Source: Eledone cirrhosa (lineage: Eukaryota). Taken from it: a DNA stretch of 64,000 nucleotides. The notes under the pieces are model-generated. The model was not told the origin of the DNA. It made no database searches and saw only the letters and a list, made by a program, of their open reading frames with translations. The DNA lies in contig OZ024743.1 in NCBI GenBank assembly GCA_964016885.1, forward strand, positions 134,850,001 to 134,914,000, read 5' to 3'. A program made the position numbers and the translations under genes. Of this stretch, positions 1 through 13,600 are shown one piece after another; the stretch's first letter is position 1; each line of letters starts with the position of its first letter.

Positions 1-1253
1 ACACCAAGCCCCAAGCTCCAAGCACCAAACAACAAGAACCAAGCACCAAGCACCAAACACCAATCACCAAGCACCAAACACCAAGCACCAAGCACCAAGC
101 ACCAATCACCAAACACCAAAAACCAAGCACCAAGCACCAAGTACCAAACACCAAATGCCAAACACCAAACACCACGCACCAGGCACCAAACACCAAGCAC
201 CAAGCGCCAAAGACCAAACACCAAGCACCAAGCACCAAGCACCAAACACTAAACAGCAAACACCAAACAGCAAACACCAAACACCAAACACGAACCAGCA
301 AACATCAAGCACCAAACACCAAACAGCAAACGCCAAACATCAAACGCCGAACACCAAACGCCAAACCGCAAACACCAAGCACCAAGCACCAAACACCAAT
401 CACCAATCACCAAACACCATACACCAAGCACCAATCACCAAGCACCAAGCACCAAGCACCAAGCACCAAGCATCAAACACCAAGCACCTAGCACCAAGTA
501 CAACACCAAGCACCAAACACCAAGCACCAGATACCAAGCACCAAGCACCAAGCACCAAGCACCAAACACCAAACACCAAGCACCAAGCACCAAGCACCAA
601 GCACCAAACACCAAACACCAAACAGCAAACACAAAACACCAAATAGCAAACACCAATCACCAAACAGCAAACACCAAACACCAAACACCAAACAGCAAAC
701 ACCAAACAACAAATAGCAAACAGCAAACAGCAAACAGCAAACACCAAACACCAAGCACCAAGCACCAAACACCAAGCACCAAACACCAAACACCAAGCAT
801 CAAGCACCAAACAGCAGACACCAAGCACCAAGCACCAAACACAAAGCACCAAGCCCCAAGCACCAAACACCAAACACCAAGCACCAAACACCAAACACCA
901 AGCACCAAGCACCAAACACCAAGCACCAAAACACCAAGCAGCAAGCGCCAAACACCAAACAGCAAGCACCAAGCACCAAACACCAAGCACCAAGCACCAA
1001 TCACCAAACACCGAGCACCAAGCACCAAACACCAAACACCAAGCACCAAGCACCAGACACCAAACACCAAGTACCAAGCACCAAGCACCAAACACCAAGC
1101 ACCAAGCACCAAGCACCAAGCACCAAACACCAAACACCAAACACCAAACAGCAAACACCAAACACCAAACACCAAACACCAAACAGCAAACACCAAACAC
1201 CAAACATAAAATACAAAACACCAAACAGCAAACACCAAACAGCAAACACCAAA

Positions 1254-4200
1254 CACAAAAACAGCAAACACCAAACAGCAAACACCAAAAACCAAACACC
1301 AAACAGAAAATGCCAAACATCAAACGACAAACACCAAACGCCAAGCACCAAGCACCAAGCACCAAACACCAAGCACCACGCACCGAACACCAAATACCTA
1401 GCACCAAGAACCAAACACCAAGCACCAAGCACCAAACACCAAGCACCAAGCACCAAGCACCAAGCACCAAATACCAAACACCAAGCATCAAGCACCACAC
1501 ATCAAACACCAAGCACCAAGCACCAAAATCCAAACACCAAAGACCAGGCACCAAGCACCAATCACCAAGCACCAAGCACCAAGGAACAAACACCAAGCAC
1601 CAAGCACCAAGCACCAAACAGCAAACACAAACAGCAAACACCAAACAGCAAACACCAAACACCAAACAGCAAACACCAAACACCAAACAGCAAACACCAA
1701 ACACCAAACAGCAAACACCAAACAGCAAACACCAAACAGCAAACACCAAACACCAAACACCAAACACCAAACACCAAGCACCAAACACCAAGCACCAAGC
1801 AACAAGCACCAATCACCAAGCACCAAGCACCAAACACCAAACACCAAGCACCAAGCACCAAACACCAAACAACAAACAGCGAGCACCAAACACCAATCAC
1901 CAAGCACCAAACACCAAACACCAAACACCAAACACCAAGCACCAAACACCAAAAACCAAGCACCAAGCACAAAGCACCAAGCACCAAACACCAAACGCCA
2001 AACACCAAACACCAAGCACCAAGCACCAAACACCAAGCACCAAGCGCCAAAGACCAAACACCAAGCACCAAGCACTAAACACCAAACACCAAGCACCAAG
2101 CACCAAGCACCAAGCACCAAACACCAAGCACCAAGCACCAAACACCAAACACAAAACACCAAGTAACAAGCACCAAACACCAAACACCAAACACCAAGCA
2201 CCAAGCACCAAGCACCAAACACCAAACACCAAACACCAAGCACCAAGCACCAAACACCAAGTACCAAGCACCAAGCACCAAACATCAAGCATCAAGAACC
2301 AAGCACCAAACACAAAGCACCAAGCACCAAGCACCAAACACCTAGCACCAAGCACCAAACACCAAGCACCAAGCACCAAGCACCAAACACCAAGAACCAA
2401 GCACCAAGCACCAACCACCAAATACCAAACACCAAGCACCAAGCACCACACATCAAACACCAAACACCACACACCAAACACCAAACAGCAAACACCAGAT
2501 AGCAAACACCAAACAGCAAACACCAAACACCAAACAGCAAACAGCAAACACCAAACACCAAACACCTAGCACCAAGCACCAAACACCAAACAGCAAGCAC
2601 CAAGCACCAAGCACCAAGCACCAAGCACCAAGCACCAAACACCAAACACCAAGCACCAAGCACCAAGCACAAAACATCAAGCACCAAGCACCAAGGACCA
2701 AGCACCAAGCACCAAACACCAAACACCAAACACCAAACACCAAACACCAGACACCAAGCACCAAACACCAAACACCAAGCACCAAGAACCAAACACCAAG
2801 CACCAAGCACCAAGCACCAAGCACCAAACACCAAGCACCAAGCAAGAAGCACCAAACATCAAGCCCCAAGCACCAAGCACCAAACAACAAGAACCAAGCA
2901 CCAACAACCAAACACCAATCACCAAGCACCAAACACCAATCACCAAGCACCAAGCACCAATCACCAAACACCAAAAACCAAGCACCAAGCACCAAGTACC
3001 AAACACCAAATGCCAAACACCAAACACCAAGCACGTAGCACCAAGCACCAAGCACCAAACACCAAACACCAAACACCAATCACCAAACAGCAAACACCAA
3101 ACACCAAACACCAAACAGCAAACAGCAAACAGCAAACACCAAATAGCAAACACCAAACAGCAAACAGCAAACAGCAAACACCAAGCACCAAACACCAAAC
3201 ACCAAGCACCAAACACCAAACACCAAGCATCAAGCACCAAACAGCAAACACCAAGCACCAAGCACCAAACACCAAGCACCAAGCCCCAAGCACCAAACAT
3301 CAAAAACCAAGCACCAAACACCAAGCACCAAGCACCAAACACCAAGCACCAAGCAAGAAGCACCAAACATCAAGCCCCAAGCACCAAGCACCAAACAACA
3401 AGAACCAAGCACCAACAACCAAACACCAATCACCAAGCACCAAACACCAATCACCAAGCACCAAGCACCAATCAACAAACACCAAAAACCAAGCACCAAG
3501 CACCAAGTACCAAACACCAAATGCCAAACACCAAACACCAAGCACGTAGCACCAAGCACCAAGCACCAAACACCAAACACCAAACACCAATCACCAAACA
3601 GCAAACACCAAACACCAAACACCAAACAGCAAACAGCAAACACCAAACACCAAATAGCAAACACCAAACAGCAAACAGCAAACACCAAACACCAATCACC
3701 AAGCACCAAACACCAAGCACCAAACACCAAACACCAAGCATCAAGCACCAAACAGCAAACACCAAGCACCAAGCACCAAACACCAAGCACCAAGCCCCAA
3801 GCACCAAACATCAAAAACCAAGCACCAAACACCAAGCACCAAGCACCAAACACCAAGCACCAAACACCAAGCACCAAGCGCCAAACACCAAACACCAAGC
3901 ACCAAGCACCAAACACCAAGCACCAAGCAAGAATCACCAAACACCAAGCACCAAGCACCAAACACCAAACACCAAGCACCAAGCACCAAAGACCAAACAC
4001 CAAACACCAAACAGCAAACACCAAACACCAAACATGAAATACAAAACACCAAACAGCAAACAGCAAACAGCAAACACCAAACACAAAAACAGCAAACACC
4101 AAACAGCAAACACCAAACACCAAACAGCAAACAGCAAACACCAAACACCAAACACCTAGCACCAAGCACCAAACACCAAACAGCAAGCACCAAGCACCAA

Positions 4201-7200
4201 GCACCAAGCACCAAGCACCAAGCACCAAACACCAAACACCAAGCACCAAGCACCAAGCACAAAACATCAAGCACCAAGCACCAAGAACCAAGCACCAGAC
4301 ACCAAGCACCAAACACCAAACACCAAGCACCAAGAACCAAACACCAAGCACCAAGCACCAAGCACCAAGCACCAAACACCAAGCACCAAGCAAGAAGCAC
4401 CAAACATCAAGCCCCAAGCACCAAGCACCAAACAACAAGAACCAAGCACCAACAACCAAACACCAATCACCAAGCACCAAACACCAATCACCAAGCACCA
4501 AGCACCAATCACCAAACACCAAAAACCAAGCACCAAGCACCAAGTACCAAACACCAAATGCCAAACACCAAACACCAAGCACGTAGCACCAAGCACCAAG
4601 CACCAAGCACCAAACACCAAACACCAATCACCAAACAGCAAACACCAAACACCAAACACCAAACAGCAAACAGCAAACACCAAACACCAAATAGCAAACA
4701 CCAAACAGCAAACAGCAAACACCAAACACCAAGCACCAAGCACCAAACACCAAGCACCAAACACCAAACACCAAGCACCAAACACCAAGCACCAAGCAAG
4801 AAGCACCAAACATCAAGCTCCAAGCAACAAGCACCAAACAACAAGAACCAAGCACCAACAACCAAACACCAATCACCAAGCACCAAACACCAATCACCAA
4901 GCACCAAGCACCAATCACCAAACACCAAAAACCAAGCACCAAGCACCAAGTACCAAACACCAAATGCCAAACACCAAACACCAAGCACGTAGCACCAAGC
5001 ACCAAGCACCAAACACCAAACACCAAACACCAATCACCAAACAGCAAACACCAAACACCAAACACCAAACAGCAAACAGCAAACACCAAACCCCAAATAG
5101 CAAACACCAAACAGCAAACAGCAAACACCAAACACCAAGCACCAAGCACCAAACACCAAGCACCAAACACCAAATACCAAGCATCAAGCACCAAACAGCA
5201 AACACCAAGCACCAAGCACCAAACACCAAGCACCAAGCCCCAAGCACCAAACATCAAAAACCAAGCACCAAACACCAAGCACCAAGCACCAAACACCAAG
5301 CACCAAACACCAAGCACCAAGCGCCAAACACCAAACACCAAGCACCAAGCACCAAACACCAAGCACCAAGCAAGAATCACCAAACACCCAGCACCAAGCA
5401 CCAAACACCAAACACCAAGCACCAAGCACCAAAGACCAAACACCAAACACCAAACAGCAAACACCAAACACCAAACATGAAATACAAAACACCAAACAGC
5501 AAACAGCAAACAGCAAACAGCAAACACCAAACACAAAAACAGCAAACACCAAACAGCAAACACCAAACACCAAACACCAAACAGAAAATGCCAAACATCA
5601 AACGACAAACACCAAACGCCAAGCACCAAGCACCAAGCACCAAACACCAAGCACCACGCACCAAACACCAAATACCTAGCACCAAGAACCAAACACCAAG
5701 CACCAAGCACCAAACACCAAGCACCAAGCACCAAGCACCAAGCACCAAATACCAAACACCAAGCATCAAGCACCACACATCAAACACCAAGCACCAAGCA
5801 CCAAACACCAAACACCAAAGACCAGGCACCAAGCACCAATCACCAAGCACCAAGCACCAAGGAACAAACACCAAGCACCAAGCACCAAGCACCAAACAGC
5901 AAACACAAACAGCAAACACCAAACAGCAAACCCCAAACACCAAACAGCAAACACCAAACACCAAACAGCAAACACCAAACACCAAACAGCAAACACCAAA
6001 CAGCAAACACCAAACAGCAAACAGCAAACACCAAACACCAAACACCAAACACCAAGCACCAAACACCAAGCACCAAGCAACAAGCACCAATCACCAAGCA
6101 CCAAGCACCAAACACCAAACACCAAGCACCAAGCACCAAACACCAAACACCAAACAGCGAGCACCAAACACCAATCACCAAGCACCAAACACCAAACACC
6201 AAACACCAAACACCAAGCACCAAACACCAAAAACCAAGCACCAAGCACAAAGCACCAAGCACCAAACACCAAACGCCAAACACCAAACACCAAGCACCAA
6301 GCACCAAACACCAAGCACCAAGCGCCAAAGACCAAACACCAAGCACCAAGCACTAAACACCAAACACCAAGCACCAAGCACCAAGCACCAAGCACCAAAC
6401 ACCAAGCACCAAGCACCAAACACCAAACACAAAACACCAAGTAACAAGCACCAAACACCAAACACCAAACACCAAGCACCAAGCACCAAGCACCAAACAC
6501 CAAACACCAAACACCAAGCACCAAGCACCAAACACCAAGTACCAAGCACCAAGCACCAAACATCAAGCATCAAGAACCAAGCACCAAACACAAAGCACCA
6601 AGCACCAAGCACCAAACACCTAGCACCAAGCACCAAACACCAAGCACCAAGCACCAAGCACCAAACACCAAGAACCAAGCACCAACCACCAAGCACCAAA
6701 TACCAAACACCAAGCACCAAGCACCACACATCAAACACCAAACACCACACACCAAACACCAAACAGCAAACACCAAATAGCAAACACCAAACAGCAAACA
6801 CCAAACACCAAACACCAAACAGCAAACACCAAACACCAAACACCAAGCACCAAGCACCAAACACCAAACAGCAAGCACCAAGCACCAAGCACCAAGCACC
6901 AAGCACCAAACACCAAACACCAAGCACCAAGCACCAAGCACAAAACATCAAGCACCAAGCACCAAGAACCAAGCACCAAGCACCAAACACCAAACACCAA
7001 GTACCAAACACCAAACACCAGACACCAAGCACCAAACACCAAACACCAAGCACCAAGAACCAAACACCAAGCACCAAGCACCAAGCACCAAGCACCAAAC
7101 ACCAAGCACCAAGCAAGAAGCACCAAACATCAAGCCCCAAGCACCAAGCACCAAACAACAAGAACCAAGCACCAACAACCAAACACCAATCACCAAGCAC

Positions 7201-7600
7201 CAAACACCAATCACCAAGCACCAAGCACCAATCACCAAACACCAAAAACCAAGCACCAAGCACCAAGTACCAAACACCAAATGCCAAACACCAAACACCA
7301 AGCACGTAGCACCAAGCACCAAGCACCAAGCACCAAACACCAAACACCAATCACCAAACAGCAAACACCAAACACCAAACACCAAACAGCAAACAGCAAA
7401 CACCAAACACCAAATAGCAAACACCAAACAGCAAACAGCAAACACCAAACACCAAGCACCAAGCACCAAACACCAAGCACCAAACACCAAACACCAAGCA
7501 TCAAGCACCAAACAGCAAACACCAAGCACCAAGCACCAAACACCAAGCACCAAGCCCCAAGCACCAAACACCAAAAACCAAGCACCAAACACCAAGCAAC
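1254..7600 (+). repeat. Dispersed direct duplication of about 2.1 kb (about 1254-3330 vs about 5532-7600; offset 4278, then 4271)
   Basis: Shared markers: CAGAAAA-TGCCAAA-CATCAAA-CGACAAA at 1304/5582, 8-bp unit at 1254/5532, 6-bp unit at 1626/5904. ORFs 1488..2288 and 5766..6566 are near-identical; ORF starts 3010 and 7281 correspond. Confidence 0.85.
2843..5200 (+). repeat. Cluster of 0.4-0.5 kb higher-order modules (tandem offsets 511 = 73x7 and 406 = 58x7)
   Basis: Marker CAAGAAG at 2843, 3354, 4391, 4797 and marker CACGTAG at 3032, 3543, 4580, 4986. + ORF starts at 3010, 3521, 4558 and 4964 show the same offsets. Confidence 0.85.
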
Positions 7601-10600
7601 AAGCACCAAACACCAAGCACCAAACACCAAGCACCAAGCGCCAAACACCAAACACCAAGCACCAAGCACCAAACACCAAGCACCAAGCAAGAATCACCAA
7701 ACACCAAGCACCAAGCACCAAACACCAAACACCAAGCACCAAGCACCAAAGACCAAACACCAAGTACCAAGCACCAAGCACCAAACACCAAGCACCAAGC
7801 ACCAAGCACCAAGCACCAAACACCAAACACCAAACACCAAACAGCAAACACCAAACACCAAACACCAAACACCAAACAGCAAACACCAAACACCAAACAT
7901 CAAATACAAAACACCAAACAGCAAACACCAAACAGCAAACAGCAAACACCAAACAGCAAACACCGAACACCAAACAGCAAACACCAAACACCAAACAGCA
8001 AACACCAAACACCAAACAGCAAACACCAAAGAGCAAACACCAAACAGCAAACAGCAAACACCAAACACCAAACACCAAACACCAAGCACCAAACAACAAG
8101 CACCAAGCAACAAGCACCAATCACCAAGCACCAAGCACCAAACACCAAACACCAAGCACCAAACACCAAACACCAATCACCGAGAACCAAACACCAATCA
8201 CCAAGCACCAAACACCAAACACCAAACACCAAACACCAAACACCAAGCACCAAACACCAAAAACCAAGCACCAAGCACAAAGCACCAAGCACCAAACACC
8301 AAACGCCAAACACCAAACACCAAGCACCAAGCACCAAACACCAAGCACCAAGCGCCAAAGACCAAACACCAAGCACCAAGCACCAAACACCAAACACCAA
8401 GCACCAAGCACCAAATACCAAGCACCAAGCACTAAACACCAAACACCAAGCACCAAGCACCAAGCACCAAGCACCAAACACCAAGCACCAAGCACCAAAC
8501 ACCAAACAGAAAACACCAAGCACCAAGCACCAAACACCAAGTACCAAGCACCAAGCACCAAACATCAAGCATCAAGAACCAAGCACCAAACACAAAGCAC
8601 CAAGCACCAAGCACCAAACACCTAGCACCAAGCACCAAACATCAAGCACCAAGCACCAAGCACCAAACACCAAGAACCAAGCACCAAGCACCAAGCACCA
8701 AATACCAAACACCAAGCACCAAGCACCACACATCAAACACCAAACACCACACACCAAACACCAAACAGCAAACACCAAATAGCAAACACCAAACAGCAAA
8801 CACCAAACACCAAACAGCAAAAACCAAACACCAAACACCAAACACCAAGCACCAAGCACCAAACACCAAACAGCAAGCACCAAGCACCAACCACCAAGCA
8901 CCAAGAACCAAACACCAAACACCAAGCACCAAGTACCAAGCACAAAACGTCAAGCACCAAGCACCAAGAACCAAGCACCAAGCACCAAACACCAAACACC
9001 AAGCACCAAACACCAAACACCAGGCACCAAGCACCAAACACCAAACACCAAGCACCAAGAACCAAACACCAAGCACCAAGCACCAAGCACCAAGCACCAA
9101 ACACCAAGCACCAAGCAAGAAGCACCAAGCACCAAGCACCAAGCACCAAACACCAAGCACCAAGCACCAAGCACCAAGCACCAAGCACCAAACACCAATC
9201 ACCAAGCACCAAACACCAATCACCAAGCACCAAGCACCAATCACCAAACACCAAAAACCAAGCACCAAGCACCAAGTACCAAACACCAAATGCCAAACAC
9301 CAAACACCAAGCACCAGGCACCAAACACCAAGCACCAAGCGCCAAAGACCAAACACCAAGCACCAAGCACCAAGCACCAAACACTAAACAGCAAACACCA
9401 AACACCAAACACCAAACACCAAACACGAACCAGCAAACATCAAGCACCAAACACGAAACAGCAAACGCCAAACATCAAACGCCGAACACCAAACGCCAAA
9501 CAGCAAACACCAAGCACCAAGCACCAAACACCAATCACCAAACACCAAGCACCAAACACCAAACACCAAGCACCAAGCACCAAACACCAAGCACCAAACA
9601 CCAAACACCAAGCATCAAGCACCAAACAGCAAATACCAAGCACCAAGCACCAAACACCAAACACCAAGCACCAAGCATCAAACACCAAACACCAAGCACC
9701 AAGCACTAAACACCAAACACCAAGCACCAAGCACCAAACACCAAACAGCAAGCACCAAGCACCAAGCACCAAGCACCAAGCACCAAACACCAAACACCAA
9801 GCACCAAGCACCAAGCACAAAACATCAAGCACCAAGCACCAAGAACCAAGCACCAAGCACCAAACACCAAACACCAAGTACCAAACACCAAACACCAGAC
9901 ACCAAGCACCAAACACCAAACACCAAGCACCAAGAACCAAACACCAAGCACCAAGCACCAAGCACCAAGCACCAAACACCAAGCACCAAGCAAGAAGCAC
10001 CAAACATCAAGCCCCAAGCACCAAGCACCAAACAACAAGAACCAAGCACCAACAACCAAACACCAATCACCAAGCACCAAACACCAATCACCAAGCACCA
10101 AGCACCAATCACCAAACACCAAAAACCAAGCACCAAGCACCAAGTACCAAACACCAAATGCCAAACACCAAACACCAAGCACGTAGCACCAAGCACCAAG
10201 CACCAAGCACCAAACACCAAACACCAATCACCAAACAGCAAACACCAAACACCAAACACCAAACAGCAAACAGCAAACACCAAACACCAAATAGCAAACA
10301 CCAAACAGCAAACAGCAAACACCAAACACCAAGCACCAAGCACCAAACACCAAGCACCAAACACCAAACACCAAGCATCAAGCACCAAACAGCAAACACC
10401 AAGCACCAAGCACCAAACACCAAGCACCAAGCCCCAAGCACCAAACACCAAAAACCAAGCACCAAACACCAAGCAACAAGCACCAAACACCAAGCACCAA
10501 ACACCAAGCACCAAGCGCCAAACACCAAACACCAAGCACCAAGCACCAAACACCAAGCACCAAGCAAGAATCACCAAACACCAAGCACCAAGCACCAAAC

Positions 10601-13600
10601 ACCAAACACCAAGCACCAAGCACCAAAGACCAAACACCAAGTACCAAGCACCAAGCACCAAACACCAAGCACCAAGCACCAAGCACCAAGCACCAAACAC
10701 CAAACACCAAACACCAAACAGCAAACACCAAACACCAAACACCAAACACCAAACAGCAAACACCAAACACCAAACATCAAATACAAAACACCAAACAGCA
10801 AACACCAAACAGCAAACAGCAAACACCAAACAGCAAACACCGAACACCAAACAGCAAACACCAAACACCAAACAGCAAACACCAAACACCAAACAGCAAA
10901 CACCAAAGAGCAAACACCAAACAGCAAACAGCAAACACCAAACACCAAACACCAAACACCAAGCACCAAACAACAAGCACCAAGCAACAAGCACCAATCA
11001 CCAAGCACCAAGCACCAAACACCAAACACCAAGCACCAAACACCAAACACCAATCACCGAGAACCAAACACCAATCACCAAGCACCAAACACCAAACACC
11101 AAACACCAAACACCAAACACCAAGCACCAAACACCAAAAACCAAGCACCAAGCACAAAGCACCAAGCACCAAACACCAAACGCCAAACACCAAACACCAA
11201 GCACCAAGCACCAAACACCAAGCACCAAGCGCCAAAGACCAAACACCAAGCACCAAGCACCAAACACCAAACACCAAGCACCAAGCACCAAATACCAAGC
11301 ACCAAGCACTAAACACCAAACACCAAGCACCAAGCACCAAGCACCAAGCACCAAACACCAAGCACCAAGCACCAAACACCAAACAGAAAACACCAAGCAC
11401 CAAGCACCAAACACCAAGTACCAAGCACCAAGCACCAAACATCAAGCATCAAGAACCAAGCACCAAACACAAAGCACCAAGCACCAAGCACCAAACACCT
11501 AGCACCAAGCACCAAACATCAAGCACCAAGCACCAAGCACCAAACACCAAGAACCAAGCACCAAGCACCAAGCACCAAATACCAAACACCAAGCACCAAG
11601 CACCACACATCAAACACCAAACACCACACACCAAACACCAAACAGCAAACACCAAATAGCAAACACCAAACAGCAAACACCAAACACCAAACAGCAAAAA
11701 CCAAACACCAAACACCAAACACCAAGCACCAAGCACCAAACACCAAACAGCAAGCACCAAGCACCAACCACCAAGCACCAAGAACCAAACACCAAACACC
11801 AAGCACCAAGTACCAAGCACAAAACGTCAAGCACCAAGCACCAAGAACCAAGCACCAAGCACCAAACACCAAACACCAAGCACCAAACACCAAACACCAG
11901 GCACCAAGCACCAAACACCAAACACCAAGCACCAAGAACCAAACACCAAGCACCAAGCACCAAGCACCAAGCACCAAACACCAAGCACCAAGCAAGAAGC
12001 ACCAAGCACCAAGCACCAAGCACCAAACACCAAGCACCAAGCACCAAGCACCAAGCACCAAGCACCAAACACCAATCACCAAGCACCAAACACCAATCAC
12101 CAAGCACCAAGCACCAATCACCAAACACCAAAAACCAAGCACCAAGCACCAAGTACCAAACACCAAATGCCAAACACCAAACACCAAGCACCAGGCACCA
12201 AACACCAAGCACCAAGCGCCAAAGACCAAACACCAAGCACCAAGCACCAAGCACCAAACACTAAACAGCAAACACCAAACACCAAACACCAAACACCAAA
12301 CACGAACCAGCAAACATCAAGCACCAAACACGAAACAGCAAACGCCAAACATCAAACGCCGAACACCAAACGCCAAACAGCAAACACCAAGCACCAAGCA
12401 CCAAACACCAATCACCAAACACCAAGCACCAAACACCAAACACCAAGCACCAAGCACCAAACACCAAGCACCAAACACCAAACACCAAGCATCAAGCACC
12501 AAACAGCAAATACCAAGCACCAAGCACCAAACACCAAACACCAAGCACCAAGCATCAAACACCAAACACCAAGCACCAAGCACTAAACACCAAACACCAA
12601 GCACCAAGCACCAAACACAAAGCACCAAGCACCAAGCACCAAGCACCAAGCACCAAACACCAAGCACCCAGCACCAAACACCAAACACCAAGCACCAAGT
12701 ACAAAGCACCAAGCACCTAGCAGCAATCACCAAGCACCAAGCACCAAACACCAAACACCAAGCACCAAGGACCTAGCACCAAGCACCAAAGACCAAGCAC
12801 CAAGCACCAAGCACCAAACACCAAGCACCAAACACCAAACACCAAGCACCAAGAACCAAACACCAAGCACCAAACACCAAGCACCAAGCACCAAGCGCCA
12901 AACACCAAACATAAAACACCAAGTACCAAGCACCAAACACCAAACACCAAACACCAAGCACCAAACACCAAGCCCCAAGCACCAAGTGCCAAACACCAAG
13001 CACCAAGCACCAAACACCAAACACCTAGCACCAAGCACCAAACACCAAGCACCAAGCACACAGCACCAAACATCAAGCACCAAGCACCAAGCACCAAATA
13101 CCAAACACCAAGCACCAAGCACCACACATCAAACACCAAGCACCAATAACCAAACACCAAACACCAGGCACCAAACACGAAGCACCAATCACCAAGCACC
13201 AAGCACCAAGCACCAAACACCAGACACCAAGCACCAAGCACCAAACACCAAGCACCAAGCACCAAACACCAAACACCACACAGCAAACACCAAACAGCAA
13301 ACACCAAACAGCAAACACCAAACACCAAATAGCAAACACCAAACAGCAAACAGCAAACACCAAACACCAAGCACCAAGCACCAAACACCAAGCACCAAAC
13401 ACCAAACACCAAGCATCAAGCACCAAACAGCAAACACCAAGCACCAAGCACCAAACACCAAGCACCAAGCTCCAAACACCAAACACCAAGCAGCAAACAG
13501 CAAACACCAAGCACCAAGCACCAAACACCAAGCACCAAACACCAAACACCAAGCATCAAGCACCAAACAGCAAACACCAAGCACCAAGCACCAAACACCA

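Noticed and set aside
4964-7309. Long + strand ORFs (781 aa here; 814 aa at 25640..28084; 836 aa at 61077..63587) encoding TKHQAPS/TKHQTPN heptads
   Set aside because: The + strand is nearly T-free, so stops are rare by composition. All three frames give the same heptad. Starts and stops are chance variant monomers, there is no non-repeat domain, and duplications and deletions follow multiples of 7 rather than 3.
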